Assembly (NCBI GenBank): GCA_963845515.1 | Contig: CAWJSR010000026.1 | Coordinates: 32,001 to 96,000, forward strand | Origin: an uncultured delta proteobacterium | GTDB lineage: Bacteria; Myxococcota; Myxococcia; Myxococcales; Anaeromyxobacteraceae | Direction: 5' to 3' | DNA: 64,000 bases | The notes under the pieces: model-generated | The model's input: only the letters and a program-made list of their open reading frames with translations | What the model was told of the DNA's origin: nothing | The model's database searches: none | In this document: positions 15,651 to 25,080 of the stretch, piece by piece | How the letters are laid out: each line of letters begins with the position of its first letter | Numbering within the stretch: the stretch's first letter is position 1 | Translations under genes and position numbers: made by a program

Positions 15651-17414
15651 TCACACCTCGAGCTGCGCGCCCTCTCGCCGCAGCTCCGGATGGTCGGCGC
15701 AGTCGAGGCCGCAGGCGCGGCAGAGATCGGGCGCGCAGGGACGGGTGACCTTCCCTGCCAGCCCGCGCTCCCGCTCGCTGACCAGCCACGCCTTCTCGAC
15801 GCCGTGGTCGAGGAAGTCCCATGGCAGCCGCTCCGCCTCGCCGACCCGCCGCTCCGCGAAGTAGTCGGGGTCCTCGCCCCATCCCTTGAGCGCCTTGCCC
15901 AGGGCGCCGCCGTGGTCCCGCCAGGCGGCCTCGATGAGGTCGGCGGTCCGCCGATCCCCGCGCGACAACACCGCCTGCAGCCGGGCCTCCCGCGGTGACA
16001 GGAAGTCCACGGTCACGCCGAGCGGCCGCAGCTCACGCTCCAGGAGCTTGCGGGCCGCCTTGAGGTCCGCCTCCGGCGCGATCCCGTCCCACTGGAACGG
16101 CGTCCAGGGCTTGGGCACGAACGGGTTCACCGAGAGCGTCATCCGGCCGATCCGCCCGCGCCGCCGGGCCCACGGGAGGAGCACCTCGTCGCGGATGCGG
16201 CGCGTCAGGGCCGCGATCCCCTCCAGATCCTCCACGCGCTCCGTCGGGAGGCCGCACATGAAGTAGAGCTTCACGTCCTCCAGCCCCTCGGAGAGGGCCG
16301 CCTCCGCCGCCTCGACGACCCGGTCGTCGGTGAAGTCCTTGTTGAGCACCCGCCGGAGCCGCTCCGTCCCCGCCTCGGGCGCGAGCGTCACCGTCTTCTC
16401 GCCCCCCTCGGCGAGCCGCCGCGCCAGCTCCCGGTCGAGCGCGTCCACCCGCAGGCTCGAGGGGCTCGCCGCGCCGCCGCGCCCGGCGATGAAGGCCGTG
16501 AGGGAGCGCAGCGCCGTGTGATCGCTGGTGTCCGGGCCCACGAGGCCGATCCGCTGGCCGCGCGCCATCCCCTTCTCGGCCTCCGCCCGGAGCACCGTCT
16601 CGGAGACCTCGCGGTACGGGCGCTGCACGAAGCCGGCGGCGCAGAACCGGCACCCCCAGAGGCAGCCGCGCGCCACCTCCACGAGGTGGAGGTCGCCGAA
16701 GCGCGCCCCGGGGGTCTCGACGGCGCGGGCCGTGGCGACCTCGCGGAGGTCGGCCGCCCACTGGCGGCGGACGCGCGCCGGGGCGCCGCCGAGCGGCTCG
16801 AAGCGCTCGACCCACTGCCCCCCGGTCGCCGTGCCCCGCGTCGGGGCGTAGGCGACCTCGTAGCGTGACGGGACGTAGACGCCGGGCAGGCACGCCAGCG
16901 CGCCGAGCAGCGCCACCCGCTCCGGCGGCGCCTCGCGCGCGGCCAGCAGCAGGTCGACGACCGGAGGGAGCAGCGGCTCCGCCTCGCCGACGAGCATCGC
17001 GTCGAAGAACGGCGCGACCGGCTCGGGGTTGATCTGGACCGCGATCCCACCGGCGACGACGAGCGGGTGGCCGGCGCCGCGGGCGGCCGCGCGGACCGGC
17101 AGCCCGGCCCTCGCGAGGATCTCCGGGATCCGGACGTAGTCGTCCTCGAAGGAGAGGGAGAAGGCGATCACGTCGAAGTCGGAGAGCGGCCGATCCGACT
17201 CGATGGTCCTCGGCTCGCCCGGCCCCTCCGGGAGGAACGCCCGCTCGCACAGGACGTCGGCCGGTTCGTTCAGCAGCCGGTAGACCGCGTGGACCCCCAG
17301 GTTCGCCATCCCGACGGACCAGCGATTCGGGTAGACGAGCGCCCACGCGAGCCTGCCGCCGCGGTCCTTGCGGATCGCGCCGCGCTCCTGGCTGGTGGGG
17401 GCAGCGTGCTCCAT
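15651..17414 (-). CDS. Radical SAM protein with an N-terminal B12-binding-like domain
   Basis: CxxxCxxC motif VARGCLWGCRFC; LVYPN...GMANLG; APEAGTERLR; PFVPKPWTPFQW. Confidence 0.9.
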   Translation of the reverse strand: MEHAAPTSQERGAIRKDRGGRLAWALVYPNRWSVGMANLGVHAVYRLLNEPADVLCERAFLPEGPGEPRTIESDRPLSDFDVIAFSLSFEDDYVRIPEILARAGLPVRAAARGAGHPLVVAGGIAVQINPEPVAPFFDAMLVGEAEPLLPPVVDLLLAAREAPPERVALLGALACLPGVYVPSRYEVAYAPTRGTATGGQWVERFEPLGGAPARVRRQWAADLREVATARAVETPGARFGDLHLVEVARGCLWGCRFCAAGFVQRPYREVSETVLRAEAEKGMARGQRIGLVGPDTSDHTALRSLTAFIAGRGGAASPSSLRVDALDRELARRLAEGGEKTVTLAPEAGTERLRRVLNKDFTDDRVVEAAEAALSEGLEDVKLYFMCGLPTERVEDLEGIAALTRRIRDEVLLPWARRRGRIGRMTLSVNPFVPKPWTPFQWDGIAPEADLKAARKLLERELRPLGVTVDFLSPREARLQAVLSRGDRRTADLIEAAWRDHGGALGKALKGWGEDPDYFAERRVGEAERLPWDFLDHGVEKAWLVSERERGLAGKVTRPCAPDLCRACGLDCADHPELRREGAQLEV

Positions 17415-17530
17415 CGGGTGGCCTTCCTCTAACAGCGGCGGGTGCCCACGTCGAGCGGGGCCCGAACTCCCGCAAACGAGGGTATTATCCGGCGGCGCGC
17501 GACGGGGCCCTTCCCCCGGCCGCGAACCAC

Positions 17531-18457
17531 ATGAACGTCTCTGCCCGCATCGCAGCCGCCCTCCTCGCGACCGGACTCGCCGCTGCCTGCGCCTCCGGGG
17601 CGACGCCAGCGCCGGGGCCGACCCGGACCTCCCTCCCGAGGGCCGGCTCGCCCGAGGAGGCGCTCCCCGGGATCGACCTCTCCGCCCTCGCGCCGGAGCA
17701 GCGCAAGGCGGTGGCGGAGTGGGCGCAGGGCACGTTCACCTACTGTGGCGCGCCCCGCACCGTCAGCGTGGCCCTGCGCGAGGGCTCCGGCTGCCGGCAC
17801 GCGCCCCGCATGGCGCAGCTCGCGGTCCGGTTCGCGGCAGCCGGCGTGGCGGGCGGCGCGCTCCCGCGGGCGGTCACCGACTACTACGCCTCCTTCGACG
17901 CCTCCAAGCGGGCACGGCTCGACCTCGCGGCGTTCGGGCCGCCGCTCGGCGACCCGAAGGCACCGGTCGCGCTCGTCGAGTTCTCCGACTTCACCTGCCC
18001 CGCCTGCCAGCGGATCCGCTCGACGCTGGAGCAGTTCGTCGCCGATCGCCCCGGCCGCGTGCGGCTCCACTTCAAGCCCTACGCGATCCTCACGCACATG
18101 AACTCGCTCGAGGCGGCGCAGGCCGCCGAGTGGGCGCGCGACCGGGGCGCCTTCTGGAAGATGCACGACACCCTCTTCGACAATCCGTTCGTGAACGACC
18201 CCGAGTCGCTCGTCGGGTTCGCGCGCTCCCTGGGGCTCGACGGCGACGACCTCGCCGCCGCCCTCGGGTCCGAGCGCTACGCCGCGAAGGTGCAGGGCTC
18301 GATGGCCGAGGCACGTGAGGCGGGCATCCTCGCCACCCCGACGCTCTTCTTCAACGGCCGCATGCTCCGCCTGCCGGGGTCGCCGGAGAGCACGCTCGAG
18401 TTCACGCTCGAGGACGAGGAGGAGTGGGTGCGCAACGGTGGCTGGATCCGGGACTGA
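17531..18457 (+). CDS. DsbA/thioredoxin-fold lipoprotein
   Basis: Lipobox LAAAC; LVEFSDFTCPAC (CxxC); FWKMHDTLF; ILATPTLFFNGR. Confidence 0.88.
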   Translation: MNVSARIAAALLATGLAAACASGATPAPGPTRTSLPRAGSPEEALPGIDLSALAPEQRKAVAEWAQGTFTYCGAPRTVSVALREGSGCRHAPRMAQLAVRFAAAGVAGGALPRAVTDYYASFDASKRARLDLAAFGPPLGDPKAPVALVEFSDFTCPACQRIRSTLEQFVADRPGRVRLHFKPYAILTHMNSLEAAQAAEWARDRGAFWKMHDTLFDNPFVNDPESLVGFARSLGLDGDDLAAALGSERYAAKVQGSMAEAREAGILATPTLFFNGRMLRLPGSPESTLEFTLEDEEEWVRNGGWIRD

Positions 18458-18481
18458 CGGTTGAAGACGGGAGCTCCCCAC

Positions 18482-19747
18482 ATGCGGCTCGACGTCGACG
18501 CGCACGGGCGCGTCACGCCCCGGGACGACGCGACGAGGCGCGCCCTCGCCGATCGGGCGGGGAGCTTCCTCCTCCTCCCGAGCGCGACCGACCTGCTCGT
18601 CGCCAGGCGCGGCACCGTCGTCGGGGGTGCCGCGGCCCGGCCGCGCTGCGTCCTGGCAGGGGACCTCTCCGGCTTCCCGATCGTCGACTTCGTCGCCTTC
18701 ATCCACCAGTCTCGCGTCACCGGGGTCCTCACCGTGGCCTCGGACGGAGCGGAGCGCTCGATCGCCTTCAAGGACGGCGAGGTCCGGAGCGCCGAGTCGA
18801 GCGCACCGGGCGAGCGGCTCGGCGAGGTGGCGATCCGGCTGGGATTCGCCACCCTGCAGCAGGTCGTGTCCGCCCAGTCGAGCGGAGAGCCGATCGGCCG
18901 CGCGCTCGTCTCGGGCGGTGCGCTCTCTGCCAACGACCTGTGGAAGTGCGTCCACGAGCAGGTCGGCGCCGTGTTCCATGCCATCCTGCTCGCCCGCGAG
19001 GGTGTCTTCCTCCTCGTCGACGAGGAGGTGACGGATCGGACCGGGGTGGCCCTCGCGGTCAACACCCAGTCGCTCCTGATGGACGGCATCAGGCGGATCG
19101 ACGAGCTGAGCCTCTTCAAGGCGCGAATCCCGGGGCCCACTGCGCTGCTGCGGCGACGCGAGCCCCGCCGCCCGGTGCCGCTGAACGCCGGAGAGCAGCT
19201 CCTCCTCTCGCTGGTCGATGGCCGCCGGACGGTGGCGGAGCTGGCGGCAGCCGCGCACCTCAACGAGTTCGACGCCACCAAGACGCTCTACCACCTGGCC
19301 GAGGCTGGCTACGTCGAGGGGGCCGGGGACGCAGGCGGCGGGGGCGGCGGGCGGGTGGAGAGCGTCGTCGCGTCGCTGAACGACCTGCTCCGGCTGGTGG
19401 CCGCGTCGGTCCCCGCGGACGACCGGCCCGCCTTCCTCGGCGCTGCGCGGAGCTTCCTCGCGGATCCGGCCTCGCTCCACGCGCCGCTCTGGCTGGGGCT
19501 GACGCCGTCCGACGACGGGTCCCTCGACCCGGGTGCGCTCCTCGGCAGGTTGGGGGGGCTGACGGCGCCGGCGCTCCAGCGACTCCAGCCCGCCGGCGAT
19601 CGGCGGGCGCTGGCGCTGGAGGCCCTGCGGGAGCTGCTCTTCTTCTACCTCTTCACCCTCGGCTCGAGCCTGCCGCGCGAGGAGGACGACGCGCTCGCGG
19701 CAGAGGTGAAGCACCGGCTCGGGACGCTGGAGGGTACCGCGGAGTGA
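18482..19747 (+). CDS. DUF4388 domain-containing protein
   Basis: LAGDLSGFPIVDFVAFIHQSRVTGVLTV...IAFKDGEV...ERLGEVAIRLG...NTQSLLMDGIRRIDE, plus a winged-helix-like LVDGRRTVAEL; start 18482 or 18461. Confidence 0.8.
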   Translation: MRLDVDAHGRVTPRDDATRRALADRAGSFLLLPSATDLLVARRGTVVGGAAARPRCVLAGDLSGFPIVDFVAFIHQSRVTGVLTVASDGAERSIAFKDGEVRSAESSAPGERLGEVAIRLGFATLQQVVSAQSSGEPIGRALVSGGALSANDLWKCVHEQVGAVFHAILLAREGVFLLVDEEVTDRTGVALAVNTQSLLMDGIRRIDELSLFKARIPGPTALLRRREPRRPVPLNAGEQLLLSLVDGRRTVAELAAAAHLNEFDATKTLYHLAEAGYVEGAGDAGGGGGGRVESVVASLNDLLRLVAASVPADDRPAFLGAARSFLADPASLHAPLWLGLTPSDDGSLDPGALLGRLGGLTAPALQRLQPAGDRRALALEALRELLFFYLFTLGSSLPREEDDALAAEVKHRLGTLEGTAE

Positions 19748-20793
19748 TCGAGCCGCTGCCGTTCGTCACCGCCGACCTCCCTGGCTCCGGTGGGACGCTC
19801 AAGGCCTCGCCGGAGGACTTCCGCGTCGACGAGATCCCGGCCTACCTGCCTTCTGGCCAGGGGCCCCACCTCTACCTGAAGGTCGAGAAGCGCGGCCGCA
19901 CCACGCGCGACGTCCTGCGGGACCTCGCTGCGAGGCTCGGCGTCCCCGAGCGCGACGCCGGGTACGCCGGGCTCAAGGATCGGCAGGCGGTCACCACCCA
20001 GTGGCTCTCGTTTCCGATGGCGCGCGATCCCGACCCCTCGTCCCTGGCAGGCGAGGGGCTGCGCGTCCTCGAGATCTCGCGCCACGCGAACAAGCTCCGG
20101 ACCGGCCACGTGCGGGGCAACCGCTTCGCGCTCGCGATCCGCGGCGGCGACCTGGAGCGGGCGCGGTCCTGCGCGACGGCGCTGGCGCAGCGCGGACTCG
20201 CCAACTTCTTCGGCGCCCAGCGCTTCGGCGCGGACGGGCGCAACGCCGAGGTCGGACGGGCCATCCTCCTGGGAGAGCGGTCGCCCGAGGCGGGGCGCGC
20301 CGCGAGGGATCGCTTCCTGCGACGGCTCTCCATCTCGGCCTGGCAGTCGGCCCTCTTCAACCGCTGGCTCGCCGAGCGGCTGGCAGACGGCCTCTTCGCG
20401 TCGGCGCTCGCAGGGGACGTCCTGAAGAAGCTCGACTCGGGCGGGACCTTCGTCTGCGAGGACCCGGAGGCCGATGGCGCGCGCGTCGCGCGCTTCGAGG
20501 TCAGCCCGGCGGGGCCCATGTTCGGCCACCGCATGCGCCCGACCGCCGCCGGCGAGCCGAGGGCGCGGGAGGAGCGGATCCTCCTCGCCGACGGCGTGAC
20601 GATCGCGGACCTCACGAGGGGCGGCGACGAGGCCGAGGGGACCTACCGCGCCGCGCGGCTCGCGGTGGCGATCGACCTCGCGCCCCTGGACGACGGGTAC
20701 CGCGCGGCCTTCGAGCTGCCGCGGGGATCCTACGCGACGGTGGTCATGCGCGAGCTGATGAAGAGCGAGGCGGCGCTGCCCGAGGAGGAGTGA
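19744..20793 (+). CDS. truD: tRNA pseudouridine(13) synthase TruD
   Basis: GTG start VIEPLPF; PEDFRVDE, YAGLKDRQAVTTQWLS, GNRF, NFFGAQRFG and FELPRGSYAT motifs. Confidence 0.95.
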   Translation: MIEPLPFVTADLPGSGGTLKASPEDFRVDEIPAYLPSGQGPHLYLKVEKRGRTTRDVLRDLAARLGVPERDAGYAGLKDRQAVTTQWLSFPMARDPDPSSLAGEGLRVLEISRHANKLRTGHVRGNRFALAIRGGDLERARSCATALAQRGLANFFGAQRFGADGRNAEVGRAILLGERSPEAGRAARDRFLRRLSISAWQSALFNRWLAERLADGLFASALAGDVLKKLDSGGTFVCEDPEADGARVARFEVSPAGPMFGHRMRPTAAGEPRAREERILLADGVTIADLTRGGDEAEGTYRAARLAVAIDLAPLDDGYRAAFELPRGSYATVVMRELMKSEAALPEEE

Positions 20794-20814
20794 CGCGAGG
20801 CTCGCGCGGCGCCA

Positions 20815-21693
20815 TCAACCGACCGTGGCGTGCCGGGCCATCCACTCCGCCGCCCGGCTGGCGAGGTAGCTCACCACCGTCACGTCGGACGGGCCGAAGG
20901 GCTGTCCCCCGCTCCGATTCAGGACCTGGAGCGCGCCAAGGATCTCGCCGTCGAGGAGCATCGGCGCGCACAGCACCGACCGTGACTCGTAGCCGACCGC
21001 CTCCGCTATCCCGCGGAAGTAGCGCGGGTGGTGGACCGCGTCGCTCACCGCGACGCAGACCCGCTCCTGCGCGCAGAAGCCGACGAGGCCGAGCCCCATC
21101 GGGATGTGCATCCCGAGCCTCAGCACCTCTGCGGCCCGCGGCCCGCGCGCGACCTCGAAGAGCAGATCCCCCGTGTCCGACTCCAGCACGAAGGCCGAAC
21201 CCGCCTCGGCGTCGGTGTAGCGGAGCGCCAGGTCCAGGGTGAGCGAGAGCGCCGACAGCCTATCGGCCGCGCCCGCGAGCTCCTCCGCGCGGTCGAAGAG
21301 CTCTGCGAGGAGGGCGCCAGTGCCGGCGGGGGCGTGGGGACGGCCGATGCGCGCCGGCGGCGGCTGGGCCGGCGCAGGGACCTCGACGATGCGCTCGGCG
21401 ATCGAGGAGGGGTGCTCGCTGGAGGACTCCTCCACCAGCGCCGCCTCGAGACCATCGGGCTCCACGGCGCCGAGCTCGTGGATCCTGAACACGCGCCCGC
21501 TATCGGGGTCGGTCACGTGGACCGAGCCGTCGGGCTTGATGTCGCAGAGGACGTGGGCGGGCGGCGCGGGGAGCCCGAAGCGCTCGAGGCCGGCCTTGAG
21601 CGCCGCGAGCCAGTGCGCAGCGTCCACCCGCAGCGTCAGCGCGGCCGGGAGGCCGGGCGGCGCTTCTGGGACGTAGACCTCGAAGCGCGCCAA
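20815..21693 (-). CDS. GAF-domain protein (myxobacterial N-terminal domain plus GAF; no catalytic output)
   Basis: TTG start at 21693 (LARFEVYVP); GAF motifs AEAGSAFVLE..LLFEVARG...GLVGFCAQ...YESRSVLCAPM...GALQVLNR. Confidence 0.8.
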   Translation of the reverse strand: MARFEVYVPEAPPGLPAALTLRVDAAHWLAALKAGLERFGLPAPPAHVLCDIKPDGSVHVTDPDSGRVFRIHELGAVEPDGLEAALVEESSSEHPSSIAERIVEVPAPAQPPPARIGRPHAPAGTGALLAELFDRAEELAGAADRLSALSLTLDLALRYTDAEAGSAFVLESDTGDLLFEVARGPRAAEVLRLGMHIPMGLGLVGFCAQERVCVAVSDAVHHPRYFRGIAEAVGYESRSVLCAPMLLDGEILGALQVLNRSGGQPFGPSDVTVVSYLASRAAEWMARHATVG

Positions 21694-21704
21694 GGGGCCC
21701 TCCC

Positions 21705-23147
21705 TCACTCCAGGGAGACGATGCGGAACTCGGTCCGCCGGTTCTGTCCGCGCCCCATGGCGGTCCTGTTGGAGGCGATCGGGCGGGTCGGGCCGTAGCC
21801 GACCGACTCCAGCCGATCCGGCGCGATCCCCTTCTGGACCAGGTAGGCGCGGACCGCCTCGGCACGCTTCGTCGAGAGCCGCATGTTGAAGGCCTCGGTG
21901 CCGACGTTGTCGGTGTGCCCCTCGATGGAGATCCGCATCTTCGGATAGTCGTTCAGCACCGCCACGACCTGGTTGAGCAGGTTGAAGCTGTCCGGCAGGA
22001 CGAGCCACTTGCCGGAGGCGAAGTGCACCTGCTGCTTGATCTCGATCCGGTCCTTCTTCACCTCGACCAGCGTGTACTTCTTCGGGCAGCCGTCGGGCGG
22101 CATGCCGAAGTTGTCCGGACACTTGTCCGCCCGGTCCGAGACGCTGTCGCCGTCGCGATCGGTGTCGGGACAGCCGTCGTTCTCCTTCGGCCCGGTGTTG
22201 AGGGGGCACTTGTCCTCGGCGTCGGTGATCCCGTCGCCGTCCTGGTCCGGACAGCCCTGGAACTCCTTCTTGCCGGCGACGGTCGGGCACTTGTCCTCGG
22301 CGTCGGGCACGCCGTCGCCGTCGGCGTCTGGGCAGCCCTTGAACTCGACCTTCCCAGGGACGTCCGGGCACCGGTCCTCGTCGTCGTTCACGCCGTCGCC
22401 GTCGCGGTCGAAGACCGGACAGCCGCGGTTCTCGATGGGGCCCAGGTTGTTCGGGCAGGAGTCCATCCTGTCCACGATGCCGTCGTTGTCGTTGTCGGAG
22501 TCGGGGCAGCCGTCCTCGTCCTGGAAGCCGTCCTTGTCCTCCGGGTTGTCCGGGCAGCGGTCGATGTCGTCCGGGGTCCCGTCGCCGTCGGTGTCGCGGG
22601 AGACCGGGCAGCCCTGCGTCTCCCGCGGCCCCGGCTGCTTCGGGCAGGCGTCGTCGGCGTCCGGGATCCCGTCGCCGTCCTGGTCCGGGCAGCCCTGGAA
22701 CTCCGCCTTCCCGGGGAGGTCGGGGCACTTGTCTTCGAGGTCGGCCACGCCGTCCTGATCGCGGTCGGTCTTCTCGATCACCAGCACCACCTTCTTCTTC
22801 TCGGGCGGCGGCGTGGTGGGGGGAGGCTGCTTCCGATCGCGGATGGTGACCTGCGTCGGGCCGCAGGTCTTCGAGAGATCGAGCGCCTTCTTGACGTTGA
22901 CCTGCGCGACGTCGAGGTGATCGCGCGCGCGGGTGGCGCTCCCCTGGCTGATCTCGAGCAGCGCGAACTCGATGTTGCTCTCGGCCAGCGCGGTCTCCTT
23001 CGGAGCGCACTTCACGGCGCCCGACCGGCGGGCCTTCTCGAGGTCGGCCCTGGCGACGTCGGCGTCCGCGAGGAGCTTCCCGCCGGTGGCGCAGCCGGCG
23101 GCGAGCGCCGTCGAGACGATGACGTGGAGGACGCGCGATCGCATCAC
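21705..23147 (-). CDS. OmpA-family lipoprotein with a DUF4398-like N-terminus and thrombospondin type-3 (Ca-binding) repeats
   Basis: Lipobox LAAGC; multiple D.DGDG..D..D.CP repeats; OmpA C-terminal domain IEGHTDNVG...NMRLSTKRAEAV...NRRTEF. Confidence 0.92.
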   Translation of the reverse strand: MMRSRVLHVIVSTALAAGCATGGKLLADADVARADLEKARRSGAVKCAPKETALAESNIEFALLEISQGSATRARDHLDVAQVNVKKALDLSKTCGPTQVTIRDRKQPPPTTPPPEKKKVVLVIEKTDRDQDGVADLEDKCPDLPGKAEFQGCPDQDGDGIPDADDACPKQPGPRETQGCPVSRDTDGDGTPDDIDRCPDNPEDKDGFQDEDGCPDSDNDNDGIVDRMDSCPNNLGPIENRGCPVFDRDGDGVNDDEDRCPDVPGKVEFKGCPDADGDGVPDAEDKCPTVAGKKEFQGCPDQDGDGITDAEDKCPLNTGPKENDGCPDTDRDGDSVSDRADKCPDNFGMPPDGCPKKYTLVEVKKDRIEIKQQVHFASGKWLVLPDSFNLLNQVVAVLNDYPKMRISIEGHTDNVGTEAFNMRLSTKRAEAVRAYLVQKGIAPDRLESVGYGPTRPIASNRTAMGRGQNRRTEFRIVSLE

Positions 23148-23443
23148 GGGGTCTCCGTCGGCCGGTTGCTCGCGTTGATCGCCTTCTCGCGGGCCTCCTT
23201 GGCGAGGTCTCTGGCCTTCAGGGCGAAGTCGGTGGCCGGCTGGTACTGGGCGTAGCCGGCCTCCTCCCGCGCCTTGCGCAGGTAGGCCTCGGCGGAGGTG
23301 AACTCATAGGGCGCGGCGGTCGCCGCCCCAGCGGAGCGCGCGGCCTCGACCTCGATGTCCGCCTCGATGAGCGGCGGGGTCGACTGGATTGGGCCGCAAC
23401 CCGCGGCCGCCGCGAGCGCGAAGAGGGCGAGGACGAACCGCAC
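23144..23443 (-). CDS. DUF4398-family small lipoprotein
   Basis: GTG 23443 after an AGAAGGAG RBS; VRFVLALFALAAAAGCG; AARSAGAATAAPYEFTSAEAYLRKAREE; stop overlaps the OmpA gene start. Confidence 0.8.
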   Translation of the reverse strand: MRFVLALFALAAAAGCGPIQSTPPLIEADIEVEAARSAGAATAAPYEFTSAEAYLRKAREEAGYAQYQPATDFALKARDLAKEAREKAINASNRPTETP

Positions 23444-23544
23444 GGACGAGCTCCTTCTGTGGCAACCGTGGCCGACGCTACCCGGGACCCCCCGGGCAGT
23501 CAAGGAACGCCCGGGGCCGCGACATGGCGCTGCGCGCTCCCGGC

Positions 23545-24166
23545 TCACTTCCCGAAAACGCCCAGCCAGAGGGTCTTCCCGTGCTTCACCTGCACCGTCT
23601 TCTCGCGCCTCCCGGCGAGGCCGTGCTCCGCGAAGAGCCGCGTCAGCTCGGCTGGATCGACGAAGTGCATCGCCTTCGAGATGATCTGCATCGCGCGGTT
23701 GACGGGCTCGGGCGCGTTGCCGCCAGGGAGCTGCACCACGACGGCGCAGGTGCCGCCTGGCGCCAGCCACTCGGCGAAGCGGCGGACGGCGACCTCGGGC
23801 TGTACGTACTCGAGGACCAGCGACGCGTGGATCAGGTCGAAGCTGCCCGGCGAGCTGGCGGAACTTCTCGATCTCGGAGCAGTAGAGCTCCAGCGTGGGG
23901 CCGAGGTGGAAGAAGCGCTGGCGGGCGATGCCGAGATATTGAAGGTTCACGTCCACGCCGACCGCGCGCTTCGTGATCGACGGGTCGACGTGCTCGAGCC
24001 CGTTTCCAGTGGAGCACCCGACGACGAGCAGCCGGTCCGGCTGCGCCGACAGGTAGACCTCCTGGAAGAGCTGGGCGAGCGGCGCGAGCTGGTCCGCGCC
24101 TGCCGGTCCCATGTGCGTCTCGTAGTCGATCGCCGGGACGACGGTCCAGGGGTTGGGTGTGCTCAT
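23545..24166 (-). CDS. Class I SAM-dependent methyltransferase, one-base frameshift at ~23857
   Basis: MSTPNPW..DYETHM...LVVGCSTGNG...GVDVN; continues in the shifted frame as PGSFDLIHASLVLEYV...WLAPGG...GVFGK; length 3n+1. Confidence 0.78.
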
Positions 24167-24194
24167 CGCTGGTGGAGCTCCTGGGGCCTGGCCC

Positions 24195-24966
24195 TCAAGC
24201 GTGCGCCTGGACGAGGACGCAGGTGATGTTGTCGACGCCGCCGGCCTCGTTCGCCGCGGCGACGATGGCGTCGCAGCGCCCCCTGCAGGTCGCCAGGATG
24301 GGCACGGATGATCTCGGCGAGCCCCTCGTCCGGGACCATGTTGGTGACCCCGTCGCAGCAGAGGAGCATGACGTCCTCCGCCTCGAGCCGCTCGCTGAAG
24401 ACGTCCACCTCGACGTGAGGTCGCATCCCGAGGGCGCGGACGATCACGTTCTTGTGCGGGAAGGCCTGGATCTCCTCGGCCGTCAGCTTCTTCGTCTTGA
24501 TGTAGTCGTTCAGGAGCGAGTGGTCCTCGGTCACCTGCCGGATGACGCCGCGCCGCCAGTGGTAGACGCGGCTGTCGCCGACGTGCCCCACGAGGACGTC
24601 GGGGCCGCCGCGGGGGAAGAAGGCCGACACGAGCGTCGTGCCCATGTTCCGCAGCCGCGTGTCCGACTGGCCGCGCTCGTGGATGCGCAGGTTCGCGAGC
24701 TTGATGCCGGTGACCAGCCGGTTCTCGTCGTAGCTGCGCGCCGGATCCTCGCGAAAGGGCCAGGTTGCCTCCTCGTCGCGCCCCGTGACACGGAAGAACT
24801 CGGCCATCTCCTCCACGGCGATCCGGGAGGCGACCTCGCCCGAGGCGTGGCCGCCCATCCCGTCGGCGACGCAGAACAGGCTCTCCTCGGGGAGCATGAG
24901 GAACGCGTCCTCGTTGAGCGTCCGCTTCAATCCGACGTTGGTCGCGCCGGCCCAGGTCACGCGCAT
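24195..24966 (-). CDS. pph1: PP2C-type Ser/Thr phosphatase (Pph1-like), one-base frameshift at ~24276-24283
   Basis: R..NED, VADGMGGH, MGTT, HVGDSR, DHS and LCCDG motifs; the final catalytic motif (AANEAGGVDNITCVLV) is in the shifted frame, ending at TGA 24195. The pph1 name is from recalled similarity to M. xanthus. Confidence 0.85.
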
Positions 24967-25080
24967 CGAGGATCCTCTCGCTTCGACGTTTCGAGGTTAG
25001 CCTCGCGGGGGGGGCACCGTCCACTAGGAGAAGGTGCCCCGAGGACTTTGGGCCGCGACGAACGGGGCCGCCGGGGTAGG

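Noticed and set aside
22090..22770. Regularly spaced nucleotide repeats that might be a CRISPR array
   Set aside because: They are in-frame thrombospondin type-3 coding repeats of the OmpA protein. They are degenerate at third codon positions, and there are no cas genes.
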